A DNA stretch of 64,000 nucleotides from Pyrinomonadaceae bacterium. GTDB lineage: Bacteria; Acidobacteriota; Blastocatellia; Pyrinomonadales; Pyrinomonadaceae. Each line of letters opens with the position of its first letter. Position 1 is the first letter of the stretch. The notes under the pieces are model-generated. The model was not told the DNA's origin and did not search any database. It was given only the letters and a program-made list of their open reading frames with translations. The stretch spans positions 32,001 to 96,000 of the forward strand of contig JBKBYA010000008.1 of assembly GCA_046313635.1 (NCBI GenBank). The letters run 5' to 3'. This document shows, piece after piece, positions 40,094 through 49,847 of this stretch. The position numbers and the translations under genes are program-made.

Positions 40094-40375
40094 ATGGTCG
40101 TTTTCCTTTTGGAAAAAGTGCCGGTCTCTCTTCGCGGCGAGATCACGAGATGGATGATCGAACTGCGGCCCGGCGTCTTTGTCGGAAATCTCTCGGCCCT
40201 CGTCCGCGATAAGCTCTGGGAAATGATCTGCCAAAAGTCGCGTGCCGGAGCCGCGACAATGCTCCGCAGCGCCGCTAACGAGCAAGGCTATGAGATACTC
40301 ACTCACGGCGAGACGGCACGCAAGATCAGACGCTTTGACGGCCTCCAGCTGGTTACCGTGCCGCACCGAAAGTGA
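40094..40375 (+). CDS. cas2: Type I-E Cas2
   Basis: LRGEITRWMIE...GVFVG, VRDKLW, NEQGY and FDGLQL. Confidence 0.95.
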   Translation: MVVFLLEKVPVSLRGEITRWMIELRPGVFVGNLSALVRDKLWEMICQKSRAGAATMLRSAANEQGYEILTHGETARKIRRFDGLQLVTVPHRK

Positions 40376-40425
40376 GCCGGACACATAAACTATCTAAAGA
40401 CCCGAAAACCACGTATTTTATATGT

Positions 40426-41738
40426 GTGTTCTCCACGCACGTGGAGATGAACCGCGGAACGGCGGAGTTGAATGAATTTTATCGTTGTGTTCTCCACGCA
40501 CGTGGAGATGAACCGGTATTCGCTGTTGGAATTTGCCGGGGCTCCTCGTGTTCTCCACGCACGTGGAGATGAACCGAAGCGAGAAGAATTGTACCAGAGA
40601 CTTGGGAAGTGTTCTCCACGCACGTGGAGATGAACCGGGAGACGAGGTCTGGATCGTGGACACGACGATGTGTTCTCCACGCACGTGGAGATGAACCGAA
40701 ATCGCGCCGTAACTTGGTCGCCGGCGGAAAGTGTTCTCCACGCACGTGGAGATGAACCGTGCAGCGTTTCCTCGCCGCAGTTGATTGTCGTGTGTTCTCC
40801 ACGCACGTGGAGATGAACCGGCTGCCGGAGCTGAATGTCTGCCCCTCTCTAACGTGTTCTCCACGCACGTGGAGATGAACCGCAAACGTGGCCGTCTCCG
40901 GCGAGCGTTCGTGGGTGTTCTCCACGCACGTGGAGATGAACCGTATTCACAAACAACTTCCAACACTATCAGTTCGTGTTCTCCACGCACGTGGAGATGA
41001 ACCGTCCTCAACCATACGGTCAAGCCTCGCGTTGAAGTGTTCTCCACGCACGTGGAGATGAACCGAACCCCCCTTGACATTATTATTCAGTGCATTAGTG
41101 TTCTCCACGCACGTGGAGATGAACCGGAACGCTTTGCCAACAAAGAGCACGATCTATTGTGTTCTCCACGCACGTGGAGATGAACCGCGAAATCTTGAAA
41201 AGGAGAACGGCCGGGGAACGTGTTCTCCACGCACGTGGAGATGAACCGATCAAGGTCGGCGACGGCGTGACGGCCTACAACGTGTTCTCCACGCACGTGG
41301 AGATGAACCGGTCGCGCTCAGCTCGTTCGCGTGCCTCTCCGGGTGTTCTCCACGCACGTGGAGATGAACCGATGTCGCAGTAATACCGCTTGGCTTTAAT
41401 GTTGTGTTCTCCACGCACGTGGAGATGAACCGGTCAAGTCGCCAGCCAGAGCAATCACACGATCGTGTTCTCCACGCACGTGGAGATGAACCGTCACTGT
41501 CTGTCGCCGCTATCTCACGCGAGTAGGTGTTCTCCACGCACGTGGAGATGAACCGCGGCCAAATTCCGGTTTACGGAATACAGGATCGTGTTCTCCACGC
41601 ACGTGGAGATGAACCGAAGCAGCGTCAGAGATAATTCGCGCGAAGCATGTGTTCTCCACGCACGTGGAGATGAACCGCTGGACACTTCCAAGAATCCCTT
41701 TTTGGAAGAGTGTTCTCCACGCACGTGGAGATGAACCG
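40426..41738 (+). CRISPR. Type I-E CRISPR array: 22 repeats, 21 spacers
   Basis: Repeat GTGTTCTCCACGCACGTGGAGATGAACCG (29 bp; stem TCTCCAC-gcac-GTGGAGA), identical in all copies. Spacers are 32 bp (18) or 33 bp (3). Confidence 0.98.
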
Positions 41739-41763
41739 ACTCACTGTTGCGAAGTACCAGAGT

Positions 41764-41946
41764 ACCTAAGTACCAGAGTTGTTTTGACGAGTAATCGTCG
41801 AGTCAGACGGCCTAAAGTCGTGGAATCTCAGACTACTCGAGGAGCGAAGCACCTAAGTACCAGAGTTGTTTTGACGAGTAATCGTCGACGTCAGACGGCC
41901 TAAAGTCTTGGAATCTCAGACTACTCGAGGAGCGAAGCACCTAAGT
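41764..41946. repeat. 87/88-bp tandem duplication immediately after the CRISPR array
   Basis: Unit 1 41764-41850 and unit 2 41851-41938 differ by one indel and one substitution. A partial ACCTAAGT follows at 41939-41946. Confidence 0.92.
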
Positions 41947-42136
41947 TGTTTGCAGTGTTGGAGTGGAGATCGGAGGGCCGTGGGGGCCGCATGCCTGTTT
42001 CGGTGGAGGTGATCGCGGGACGGTCAGTTGCGGACCGGGAGGTGCGGACGCGGCACACTTTGCTCTTTGATCAGGCTGCTCGGAGCCGGCATTCTCGACG
42101 TCTCAATGACGCAGGAGAGCGGTGTTTGTTCCAAAC

Positions 42137-42169
42137 AAAAGAGGCCGCCATTTTGACGGGCCTCTTTTT
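42137..42169. terminator. Bidirectional intrinsic terminator
   Basis: AAAAGAGGCC...GGCCTCTTTTT between the CRISPR transcript and the convergent wzc-like gene. Confidence 0.75.
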
Positions 42170-42198
42170 GGTTTTAACCGAAAGTTTTACTTAGATGC

Positions 42199-44739
42199 TC
42201 ATCTCTCGACGGCCTTTGCGGTCTCGGGTTCTTCGACGACCGGGGTCGAGTCGGCGTCGGTGCGGGCGTAGTAGTCGTAGTAGCTCGAGCCGTAGTACTC
42301 GTACTCCATCGAGCCTGACTTGATGCCGTTGAGGACGACGCCGTAGATGCGTGCGCCGAGGGTGGCGAGGCGCTGCTTGAAGCGGCGCATCAGGTGGAGC
42401 GAGCTCTTATTTGCCATCGCGACGAGAACGACGCCGTCGGTGATCGTCGCGAGGATGGCCGCGTCGGTAAACGATATCGCCGGCGGCGAATCGATGATCA
42501 CGTGCTTGAAGCGCCCGCGCAGGAATTGCAGCAGGTTTCGCATCTCCTGCGAGCTGAGCAGCTCGGCCGGATTCGGCGGGATCGGGCCGCTGGTGATCAC
42601 CTTCAGCCGCGGCAGTCCCGGATAGCTCTTGATCAGGTTGTCGATATTGCGCTCGCCCGAGAGATAGTTGGTCAGCCCCTGCGAGTTGTCCATTCCGAAA
42701 TAGTTATGGATGCGCGGGCGTCTGAGGTCGCAGTCGATGACGACGACGTCGGCCTCGGCCTGTGCGAGTGTGACGGCCGTGTTGATCGCGGTCGTCGTCT
42801 TGCCCTCGGAGGGCTGCGACGAGGTGACGAGTATCGTCTGCGGCGGCTTGCCGGCCGACGAAAAGAGCAGAGACGTCCGCAGGTGGCGGTAGGCCTCGGC
42901 CATCGGCGAGTGGCGCTCCTGCAGGGTGATCAAAGCGGCGCCGGGATTGCCGTTGCCGTCGGCCGCGGCCGGGACGAGAGCTGCCTGGCGGCGCTTTTCA
43001 CCGGTCAGATAGTGCGGGATAAGCGCCAGCGTCGGCAGACCGAGATGGCGTCCGATGTCGTCAGACGTCTTGACCGAGTCGTCGAGGTAGTCGAGCAGGA
43101 ATGCGAGACCGATGCCCGCCGCAAGCGAGAGAAACAGGGCGATGACGATGTTGCGCTCGCGCTTCGGGCCGATCGGCTGCGTCGGCACCACGGCCCTGTT
43201 TGAAACGACGATGTTGTTGGGCACGTCGCTCGTGAGTGCGAGCTCCTGTTCCTTTTGCCGCTGAATGTAGGTGTCGAGCAGCGTGCGCTTGGTCTCGATC
43301 GAGCGTTTGATGTTGGTCAGGTCGGTCATTACCTGCCCCTCGATATTGGCGCGGGCGGCCTCGGCCTGATAGGCCGCGAGTGCCTGGGCCTCCTGTGTGC
43401 GGGCCGCGCTGAGCTGCGAGCCGAGAGCGGTCAGAGCTCCTTTGACGGCGTCCTGCTCGATCTTTTTCTGATCGCGCTCGATGATGCTCGAGACCTCTTT
43501 TTCGGTCTGCTGCTTTGTCGCGTTGAGCGAGTTGATCCGCTCCTCGACCTGCCTGACCTTGAAATACTCGGGCGTGTATTTGACGAGCAGCTCGGCTTTT
43601 TCGGCCTCGGCCTCCTTGATCTGCTTTTCGATGTCGCGGATCTGGTCCTGCAGCTTCGCCTTACGCTCGGTGTTGAGCCGCATCGTGTCCTGAAAGACCT
43701 TGTTCTCGTAGAGGTCGGGGATGTTCATCCCCTCGCCGCGGGCGCTGGCCTGGACGGCCGCGTTATAGCGGGCCTCGATCTGCCGGCGGCCCTCCATCGC
43801 CTTGAGCCAGGTCTCGCTCAGAGACTGCAGGCGGCTGGCGTTGAGCTCCATTCCCTTTTCCTGCAGCGGCAGATTGGCGTCGCGCATCGCCTGGGTCAGC
43901 TTGGCCTCGTCGTTTCGGATGTCCTTGGTCAGCGAGTCGATCGACTTGCGAAGGTCTTCGTAAGCCTGACGGGCCCCGGCCGTCTGCCGGCGGGCGTCCT
44001 CCTCTTTAAAGGTGATCGCGAGCATATCCGCGACGCGCGCGGCCAGCGCGGGATTTTCGCTCTTGACGCTGATGTTGACGATATTTGTCCGCTCCACGGG
44101 CGAGACGGTCAGGCCCGAGCTGAGCGTCCCGGCAAACGCCGCGGCGCGGGCATCCTCCTCCGGCGTCAGGACGACCGCAGGAGCAGCGTCGGCGCCGGAC
44201 TGGTCCGGCACGTCGGTCACGACCGCGAGCGTCTTGTCGTCCGGCTGTGCCTGTTTCTCGCCCGACAGTACGGACTTGACGCCCGAGAGCAGCCCGCGGC
44301 CCTGCGCGCCGAGCGCGTCGGGATCGCGATAGATCCCGAGCTTGATGACGACGCGCTTCATCAGGTCGGGACTCTGGAGCAGCTGAAGCTGCGTGTTGGT
44401 GTAATTCGCGTCGTAGCCAAAATTGATATTGATCGAGTCCTTGTCGGTGACCTTCGGCTTGGGCGGCTCGATGACCATCTCGGCCGTAGCGAGATAGACC
44501 GACGGCTGCCGGTACATCCAGAGCGCGACCGCGGCGGTCACCACCAGGGCGAGCGTCAGGATGATCGGAAGCCGTTTGTAGACGACATTGATGTACTGCC
44601 TGATCGACCGCTTGCCCTCAAAATCCTCGTCGTAGAATGCGGCGTACCCCGGCGGGTATTCGCTCGGTGACGCGGGCTGGGCGGGCTGGATCTCAGCCGA
44701 TGTGCGGGGCAACGGCGTTAGCCTCTGATCGTTTTCCAT
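42199..44739 (-). CDS. Polysaccharide co-polymerase / BY-kinase (Wzc/GumC-like)
   Basis: Two TM helices around a coiled-coil periplasmic region. AEAYRHLRT, PSEGKT, IDCDLRRP, IIDSPP and C-terminal Tyr cluster YEYYGSSYYDYY. Confidence 0.92.
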   Translation of the reverse strand: MENDQRLTPLPRTSAEIQPAQPASPSEYPPGYAAFYDEDFEGKRSIRQYINVVYKRLPIILTLALVVTAAVALWMYRQPSVYLATAEMVIEPPKPKVTDKDSININFGYDANYTNTQLQLLQSPDLMKRVVIKLGIYRDPDALGAQGRGLLSGVKSVLSGEKQAQPDDKTLAVVTDVPDQSGADAAPAVVLTPEEDARAAAFAGTLSSGLTVSPVERTNIVNISVKSENPALAARVADMLAITFKEEDARRQTAGARQAYEDLRKSIDSLTKDIRNDEAKLTQAMRDANLPLQEKGMELNASRLQSLSETWLKAMEGRRQIEARYNAAVQASARGEGMNIPDLYENKVFQDTMRLNTERKAKLQDQIRDIEKQIKEAEAEKAELLVKYTPEYFKVRQVEERINSLNATKQQTEKEVSSIIERDQKKIEQDAVKGALTALGSQLSAARTQEAQALAAYQAEAARANIEGQVMTDLTNIKRSIETKRTLLDTYIQRQKEQELALTSDVPNNIVVSNRAVVPTQPIGPKRERNIVIALFLSLAAGIGLAFLLDYLDDSVKTSDDIGRHLGLPTLALIPHYLTGEKRRQAALVPAAADGNGNPGAALITLQERHSPMAEAYRHLRTSLLFSSAGKPPQTILVTSSQPSEGKTTTAINTAVTLAQAEADVVVIDCDLRRPRIHNYFGMDNSQGLTNYLSGERNIDNLIKSYPGLPRLKVITSGPIPPNPAELLSSQEMRNLLQFLRGRFKHVIIDSPPAISFTDAAILATITDGVVLVAMANKSSLHLMRRFKQRLATLGARIYGVVLNGIKSGSMEYEYYGSSYYDYYARTDADSTPVVEEPETAKAVER

Positions 44740-44964
44740 ACTGCTCGATGAATATCTCAACGCGGGATATTCGGTGGTGGTCCCTCAATCTTCTTGTATC
44801 TTTTGGTTTATACCACACTCAAGGGCCTTTTTCACCATCTTACCGATCCTTGGCACCGCTCGCTGCGGCACGGCGTCGCCGGGCTCCGCGTTGTTTGGCG
44901 TCAGATGCGGATGATAGAATTGCTGTTTGCCCTTGAGACGCATTTTTAGGCAATAAAGATTGAT

Positions 44965-47900
44965 ATGCAGTTAGTTTCCGAAACGCCCGCCGCCGGTTTC
45001 GACTTTGAGCTCGGCATCGACGGATACCGATATTCAGACCTTTTTGACGCGGTCAAGCTCGGCGAGCTGGCCGAACGCTTTTATGCCGAGGTCGACCAAA
45101 GTCTGCCCGCCACGGGCGAGGCACTGCGCAGGTACATCGCCGCGCGCGGCCGCGGATTTGAGAAGCGGGCCGAGTCCAAACTGCTGACCGACGCCGCTCC
45201 GCTGCTGTCGAATTTTGTCGCGCGGATGTTTGGCATCACCAAAGAGCGCGAGCGGCTCGAGGCCGAGATCCTCGAGCAGGAACCCATCTGGCGATACAAG
45301 TTCTTTGTCCAGCGCCGGGCGATCAAGCGATACAAGGCCGAGCAGGCGGCCGGGCTTAACGAGAACGAATTGTGGCTCGCGGTGACCGAGCTTCGCAACG
45401 CGGGGTTTGACGACACGATCCGCTTTGATGAAGAGCTTTCGATCGCGACGATGACCGCCGAACTGCTCGACGCCGAGGCGGCGCTGACCAAGGGCACGGA
45501 GCTCACGCCCGAGCAGTCGGCCGCGGTCCGCAAGGTGCACACCGCTTACGACAAGCTCAAGGACAAGACTTTTGGCCGGATCTTTTCGGAATATCTCGTC
45601 GCCGAAGACGCGTCAGGCGACGTCGCCGCCATCAAGGCCGCTCTGCATCTGCTCGAGGCCTGGTCGGCCGCGGCATTCTTTAACAAGTCGCGCCGCTGGC
45701 ACTCTTTCAAAACGCCGCACGCGCTCGATTACCAGAATCTCGTCCATCTCATCCGCCCGTTCAAAGAGAACCCAAACATAATGCAGGCCCCGGTCGACAT
45801 CCTGCGCCGCCGAGACGGCTTTAAGCTGACCGACGACCGAGGCACGATGCGCGATGCGCTCTACGAGATCGACTACTGCATGATCTGCCACGAGCGTGAC
45901 AAGGACTCGTGCTCGACAGGCCTGCGCGAGCCGGACGGCACCGCCAAGCGCAATCCGCTCGGCATCAAGACCGAGGGCTGCCCGCTGGACGAAAAGATCT
46001 CGGAGATGCACCTCTTGAAAAAGCAGGGCGACCCGATCGCGTCGCTCGCGCTCGTGACCATCGACAACCCGATGTGCGCCGGCACCGGCCATCGAATCTG
46101 CAACGACTGTATGAAGGGCTGCATCTTTCAAAAGCAGGAGCCCGTCAATATCCCGCTCGCCGAGACCGCGTCGCTGACCGACGTTTTGCAGCTGCCGTAC
46201 GGATTTGAGATCTACAGCCTGCTCGCGCGCTGGAACCCGCTCGACGCCAAACGCCCGTACCCGCAGCCGTACAACGGCAAGAACGTAATGGTCGTCGGCC
46301 TCGGGCCCGCCGGTTACACGCTCGCGCATTATCTGCTCAACGAGGGCTTCGGTGTCGTCGGCATCGACGGGCTCAAGATCGAGCCGCTCCCGGCCGAATG
46401 GACCGGCAACCTCGGCACCACGTGCCCGAAACCGATCAAGGACATCAAGGAGATCACCGAGGAGCTCGACGAGCGCATCCTGTCGGGCTTTGGCGGCGTG
46501 TCGGAGTACGGCATCACCGTTCGGTGGGACAAGAACTTCCTGACGATGATCCAGCTGATGCTGATGCGCCGCAAACGCTTTCGAGCTTACGGCGGCGTCC
46601 GCTTTGGCGGGACGCTGACGATCGAGGACGCGTGGGAATACGGCTTTGACCACATCGCGATCGCGACCGGTGCGGGCCGGCCGACGATCGTGCCGATGAA
46701 GAATAATCTCATCCGCGGCATCCGCCAGGCGTCGGACTTCCTGATGGCGCTGCAGCTCACCGGCGCTTTCAAGAAGGACACGCTATCGAATCTTCAGGTC
46801 CGAATGCCGGCGGTCGTCATCGGCGGCGGCCTGACAGGCATCGACACGGCCACCGAGCTGTTTGCGTACTACCCGGTGCAGGTCGAGAAGATGCTCGCCA
46901 ATTTTGAACTCCTGGTTGACGAGTACGGCGAAGAAAAGGTCTGGCAGAGATTTGACGACGAAGAAAAAGCCGTGCTCGCCGAATTTCTCGAGCACGGCCG
47001 CGCCGTTCGTGACGAACGCGAGCGTGCCCGCAAGGTCGGCGAGGTGCCGAACTTCATCCCGCTCGTCCGCTCGTGGGGCGGCGTCTCGCTCGTCTACCGC
47101 AAGCGTCTGCAGGACTCGCCCGCCTATCGCCTCAATCACGAAGAGGTGCAGAAGGCGCTCGAAGAGGGCATCAATTTTGTCGAGTGCATGAACCCGACCG
47201 AGGCCGTGCCGGACGAGTACGGAGCGGTCAAGGCGATCAAATTCGAGCGGCTGAACTACGTCGCCGAGACGGGCAAATTCGAGAATACGGGCGAGCTCGT
47301 CGAGTTTGCCGCCCGCACGGTTTGCGTCGCGGCCGGAACGTCGCCGAACGTCATTTACGAGAAGGAAAAGCCGGGCACATTCGAGCTCGACGAGTGGCGG
47401 CAGTTCTTCCGGCCGTACAAGGCGGTAAAGAACGACGACGGCAAATTTCGCCTCGAGCCCGTCCAAAAGGGCGAGGCCGGATTCTTCACCTCGTACCAGC
47501 ATGGCGGCAAGCTCATCTCGTACTACGGCGACAATCACCCGCAGTACGCCGGAAACGTCGTCAAGGCGATGGCGTCGGCCAAGCACGGTTATGAGCGGGT
47601 CGTCGAGCTCTTTGCCGACGAGCTCGCCGAGCGGGGCACGCTGCCGCAGTCTGAGCGCGACGCGATATTCGACAAGCTGGTCGCGACGCTCGACGAGCAG
47701 CTTCGCGCGTACGTCGTCCGTGTCGAGCGGCTCACGCCGACGATCGTCGATGTCGTCGTCAAGGCTCCGCTGCAGGCGCGCAAATTCAGGCCGGGGCAGT
47801 TTTACCGTTTGCAAAATTTTGAGACAAAGGCTCCCGTCATCGAGGGCAAGCGAATGATGATGGAAGGCCTCGCTCTCACCGGCGCGTGGGTCGACGAAAA

Positions 47901-48690
47901 AGAAGGATTGCTCTCGATGATCGTCCTCGAGATGGGCACGTCGTCGCGTCTCGTCTCACTGCTTAAGGAGGGCGAGGAAGTTCTCGTCATGGGCCCGACC
48001 GGCACGCCGACCGAGATCCCGGAGAACGAGACGGTAATGCTCGCCGGCGGCGGCCTCGGCAACGCGGTTCTCTTCTCGATCGCACGCGAGCTGAAAGAGA
48101 AAAATAATCACGTCGTATATTTCGCCGGCTACAAGAACGGAATGGACCTCTTCCGCCGCGAGGAGATCGAGAAGGCGACCGATCAGGTCGTCTGGGCCAC
48201 CGACGCCGGCGTCGCCATCCAGCCAAAGCGCCCGCAGGACGCGCACTTCCGCGGCAACATCGTCGAGGCGATGGTCGCCTATGCCGAAGGCAAACTGGGC
48301 GAGCCGGTCGTGCACTTCGGCGAGATCGACCGCATCATCGCGATCGGCTCAGACCGGATGATGAACGGCGTCCGCGAAGCGCGTCATTCGGTCCTCAAGC
48401 CCTACCTCAAGCAGCAGCACACCGCGATCGGCTCGATCAACTCGCCGATGCAGTGCATGATGAAAGAGGTCTGCGCGCAGTGCCTGCAGCGTCACGTCAA
48501 CCCGCACACGGGCGAAGAATTTTTTGTCTTCTCGTGCTTTAACCAGGACCAGCATCTCGACTTTGTCGACTTCAAAAACCTCAACGACCGCCTGCGTGCA
48601 AACAGCATTCAGGAAAAGCTGACGAATATGTGGCTCGACCGTGCGTTCGGCCGCGAAGACTTCAAGCGACTGTACGGCGCTGCAAATTAG
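44965..48690 (+). CDS. Fused GltD/NfnB-like plus FNR/PyrK/NfnA-like Fe-S flavoprotein oxidoreductase
   Basis: CMICH...SC, GCP, CNDCMKGC, GLGPAG and GGGLTGID. C-terminal PGQFYRL, GPTG, GGGLGNA and SPMQCMMKEVCAQC...C. Confidence 0.85.
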   Translation: MQLVSETPAAGFDFELGIDGYRYSDLFDAVKLGELAERFYAEVDQSLPATGEALRRYIAARGRGFEKRAESKLLTDAAPLLSNFVARMFGITKERERLEAEILEQEPIWRYKFFVQRRAIKRYKAEQAAGLNENELWLAVTELRNAGFDDTIRFDEELSIATMTAELLDAEAALTKGTELTPEQSAAVRKVHTAYDKLKDKTFGRIFSEYLVAEDASGDVAAIKAALHLLEAWSAAAFFNKSRRWHSFKTPHALDYQNLVHLIRPFKENPNIMQAPVDILRRRDGFKLTDDRGTMRDALYEIDYCMICHERDKDSCSTGLREPDGTAKRNPLGIKTEGCPLDEKISEMHLLKKQGDPIASLALVTIDNPMCAGTGHRICNDCMKGCIFQKQEPVNIPLAETASLTDVLQLPYGFEIYSLLARWNPLDAKRPYPQPYNGKNVMVVGLGPAGYTLAHYLLNEGFGVVGIDGLKIEPLPAEWTGNLGTTCPKPIKDIKEITEELDERILSGFGGVSEYGITVRWDKNFLTMIQLMLMRRKRFRAYGGVRFGGTLTIEDAWEYGFDHIAIATGAGRPTIVPMKNNLIRGIRQASDFLMALQLTGAFKKDTLSNLQVRMPAVVIGGGLTGIDTATELFAYYPVQVEKMLANFELLVDEYGEEKVWQRFDDEEKAVLAEFLEHGRAVRDERERARKVGEVPNFIPLVRSWGGVSLVYRKRLQDSPAYRLNHEEVQKALEEGINFVECMNPTEAVPDEYGAVKAIKFERLNYVAETGKFENTGELVEFAARTVCVAAGTSPNVIYEKEKPGTFELDEWRQFFRPYKAVKNDDGKFRLEPVQKGEAGFFTSYQHGGKLISYYGDNHPQYAGNVVKAMASAKHGYERVVELFADELAERGTLPQSERDAIFDKLVATLDEQLRAYVVRVERLTPTIVDVVVKAPLQARKFRPGQFYRLQNFETKAPVIEGKRMMMEGLALTGAWVDEKEGLLSMIVLEMGTSSRLVSLLKEGEEVLVMGPTGTPTEIPENETVMLAGGGLGNAVLFSIARELKEKNNHVVYFAGYKNGMDLFRREEIEKATDQVVWATDAGVAIQPKRPQDAHFRGNIVEAMVAYAEGKLGEPVVHFGEIDRIIAIGSDRMMNGVREARHSVLKPYLKQQHTAIGSINSPMQCMMKEVCAQCLQRHVNPHTGEEFFVFSCFNQDQHLDFVDFKNLNDRLRANSIQEKLTNMWLDRAFGREDFKRLYGAAN

Positions 48691-48710
48691 GCTAGAACCT
48701 CGGGTACAAC

Positions 48711-48778
48711 TGATAGGTGATAGCTGATAACTGAGTATGAATTCCTACTCGAGTTATCGGTTATCACCTATCATTTTT
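48711..48778. terminator. Long hairpin with heptamer-repeat arms and T-tract between convergent genes
   Basis: TGATAGG TGATAGC TGATAAC T (48711-48732) pairs with 48752-48773 (two G-U pairs). Inner GAGTA/TACTC stem, followed by TTTTT. Confidence 0.75.
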
Positions 48779-49800
48779 CAGTTATTCCGGAGAATATGTG
48801 GGGACTCCACACGCCCGACGGTTTCGCCGCGGCGATTCAGTATCTTCATCGGCGACAGTTCGGACAGTTGATCGTCGGCGAGTATGCCGAGCGATCTCAG
48901 GATGGCGACCGCGGCGACGGGACGTGCGCGGCGGTCGTCGCCGTCTTCGACCTTCATCGCGATGGCGAGACCGGCCGGATGTTTTTCGTTCGGCAGGACC
49001 CCGCAGAGCCAGACGCCCTCGGCGCCGACCTTTGAGATGAGCTTTCCGGGAGCGGCCTGCATCAACATCGTGTCGAGGCGTTCGGTGCCGCCGATCAGGT
49101 GCGGGTAGTTGATAAAGGCATTGACGATGCGCCGGCAGGCGGCTCTTGTCGCGTCGTCGAACGAGTCGGGCGGGTTGATCAGGTTGGCAAAGCTCCTCGC
49201 CATCGCCGAGAGCGGCAGAGCGAAGTTCGGCGCGGCGCAGCCGTCGATCGCGATCGGGATCGACTCGGCTTTTATCTCGGCAAATCGCGCCATCGTTCGG
49301 AGTATCTCGATCTGTATCGGATGCGACGGCGAATCGTAATTCGCAGGATCGGCGTCGATGTGCCTTGCGAACGCAAGCATCGCGGCGTGCTTGCCCGAGC
49401 AGTTGTTGTGGAGCTGCGTCGGACGGACTCCTTCGCGGATCATCCGCTCGGCCTCGGCTTCGTTAAACGGCAGGTGCGGGCCGCATCTAAGATCGGCCTC
49501 GGTAAATCCGGCCTTGGCCAGCATCGCCGCGGCGTGCTCGACGTGGACCGCCTCGCCCGAGTGCGACGCGCACGCCATCGCGATCTCTGCGTCGCTAAAA
49601 CCAAAACGATCGGCCGCGCCGCTCGTGATTAAGGGCATCGCCTGAAACGGCTTGGCCGACGAGCGTATGAAGGTGACGTGCTCGGGATCGCCTGCCGAAA
49701 AGACCGTTTTGCCTTCGCCTTCGACGATGACGATGTGCCCGCGATGGACCGACTCGAGCCGGTCGCCGCGAACGACCTCGGCGAGGATTACGCTTTGCAT
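48778..49800 (-). CDS. Asparaginase_II family (Rhizobium AnsA-type, class 3) protein
   Basis: ESVHRG, RSSAKPFQA, ASHSGE, NNCSGKHA, DGCAAP and KVGAEG. Confidence 0.9.
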   Translation of the reverse strand: MQSVILAEVVRGDRLESVHRGHIVIVEGEGKTVFSAGDPEHVTFIRSSAKPFQAMPLITSGAADRFGFSDAEIAMACASHSGEAVHVEHAAAMLAKAGFTEADLRCGPHLPFNEAEAERMIREGVRPTQLHNNCSGKHAAMLAFARHIDADPANYDSPSHPIQIEILRTMARFAEIKAESIPIAIDGCAAPNFALPLSAMARSFANLINPPDSFDDATRAACRRIVNAFINYPHLIGGTERLDTMLMQAAPGKLISKVGAEGVWLCGVLPNEKHPAGLAIAMKVEDGDDRRARPVAAVAILRSLGILADDQLSELSPMKILNRRGETVGRVESPHILRNN

Positions 49801-49847
49801 CGGATGACGTGTACTCCCATATGGCGATGTATTGTCCGGTATGAAAT

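Noticed and set aside
40372..41903. Several ORFs across the CRISPR array
   Set aside because: They are translations of the repeats (VFSTHVEMNR, RFISTCVEN), not genes.
41955..41972. GTGTT...GTGGAGAT as a degenerate extra CRISPR repeat
   Set aside because: Only short fragments match, the hairpin 5' arm is missing, and the position is out of register with the 61-bp period.
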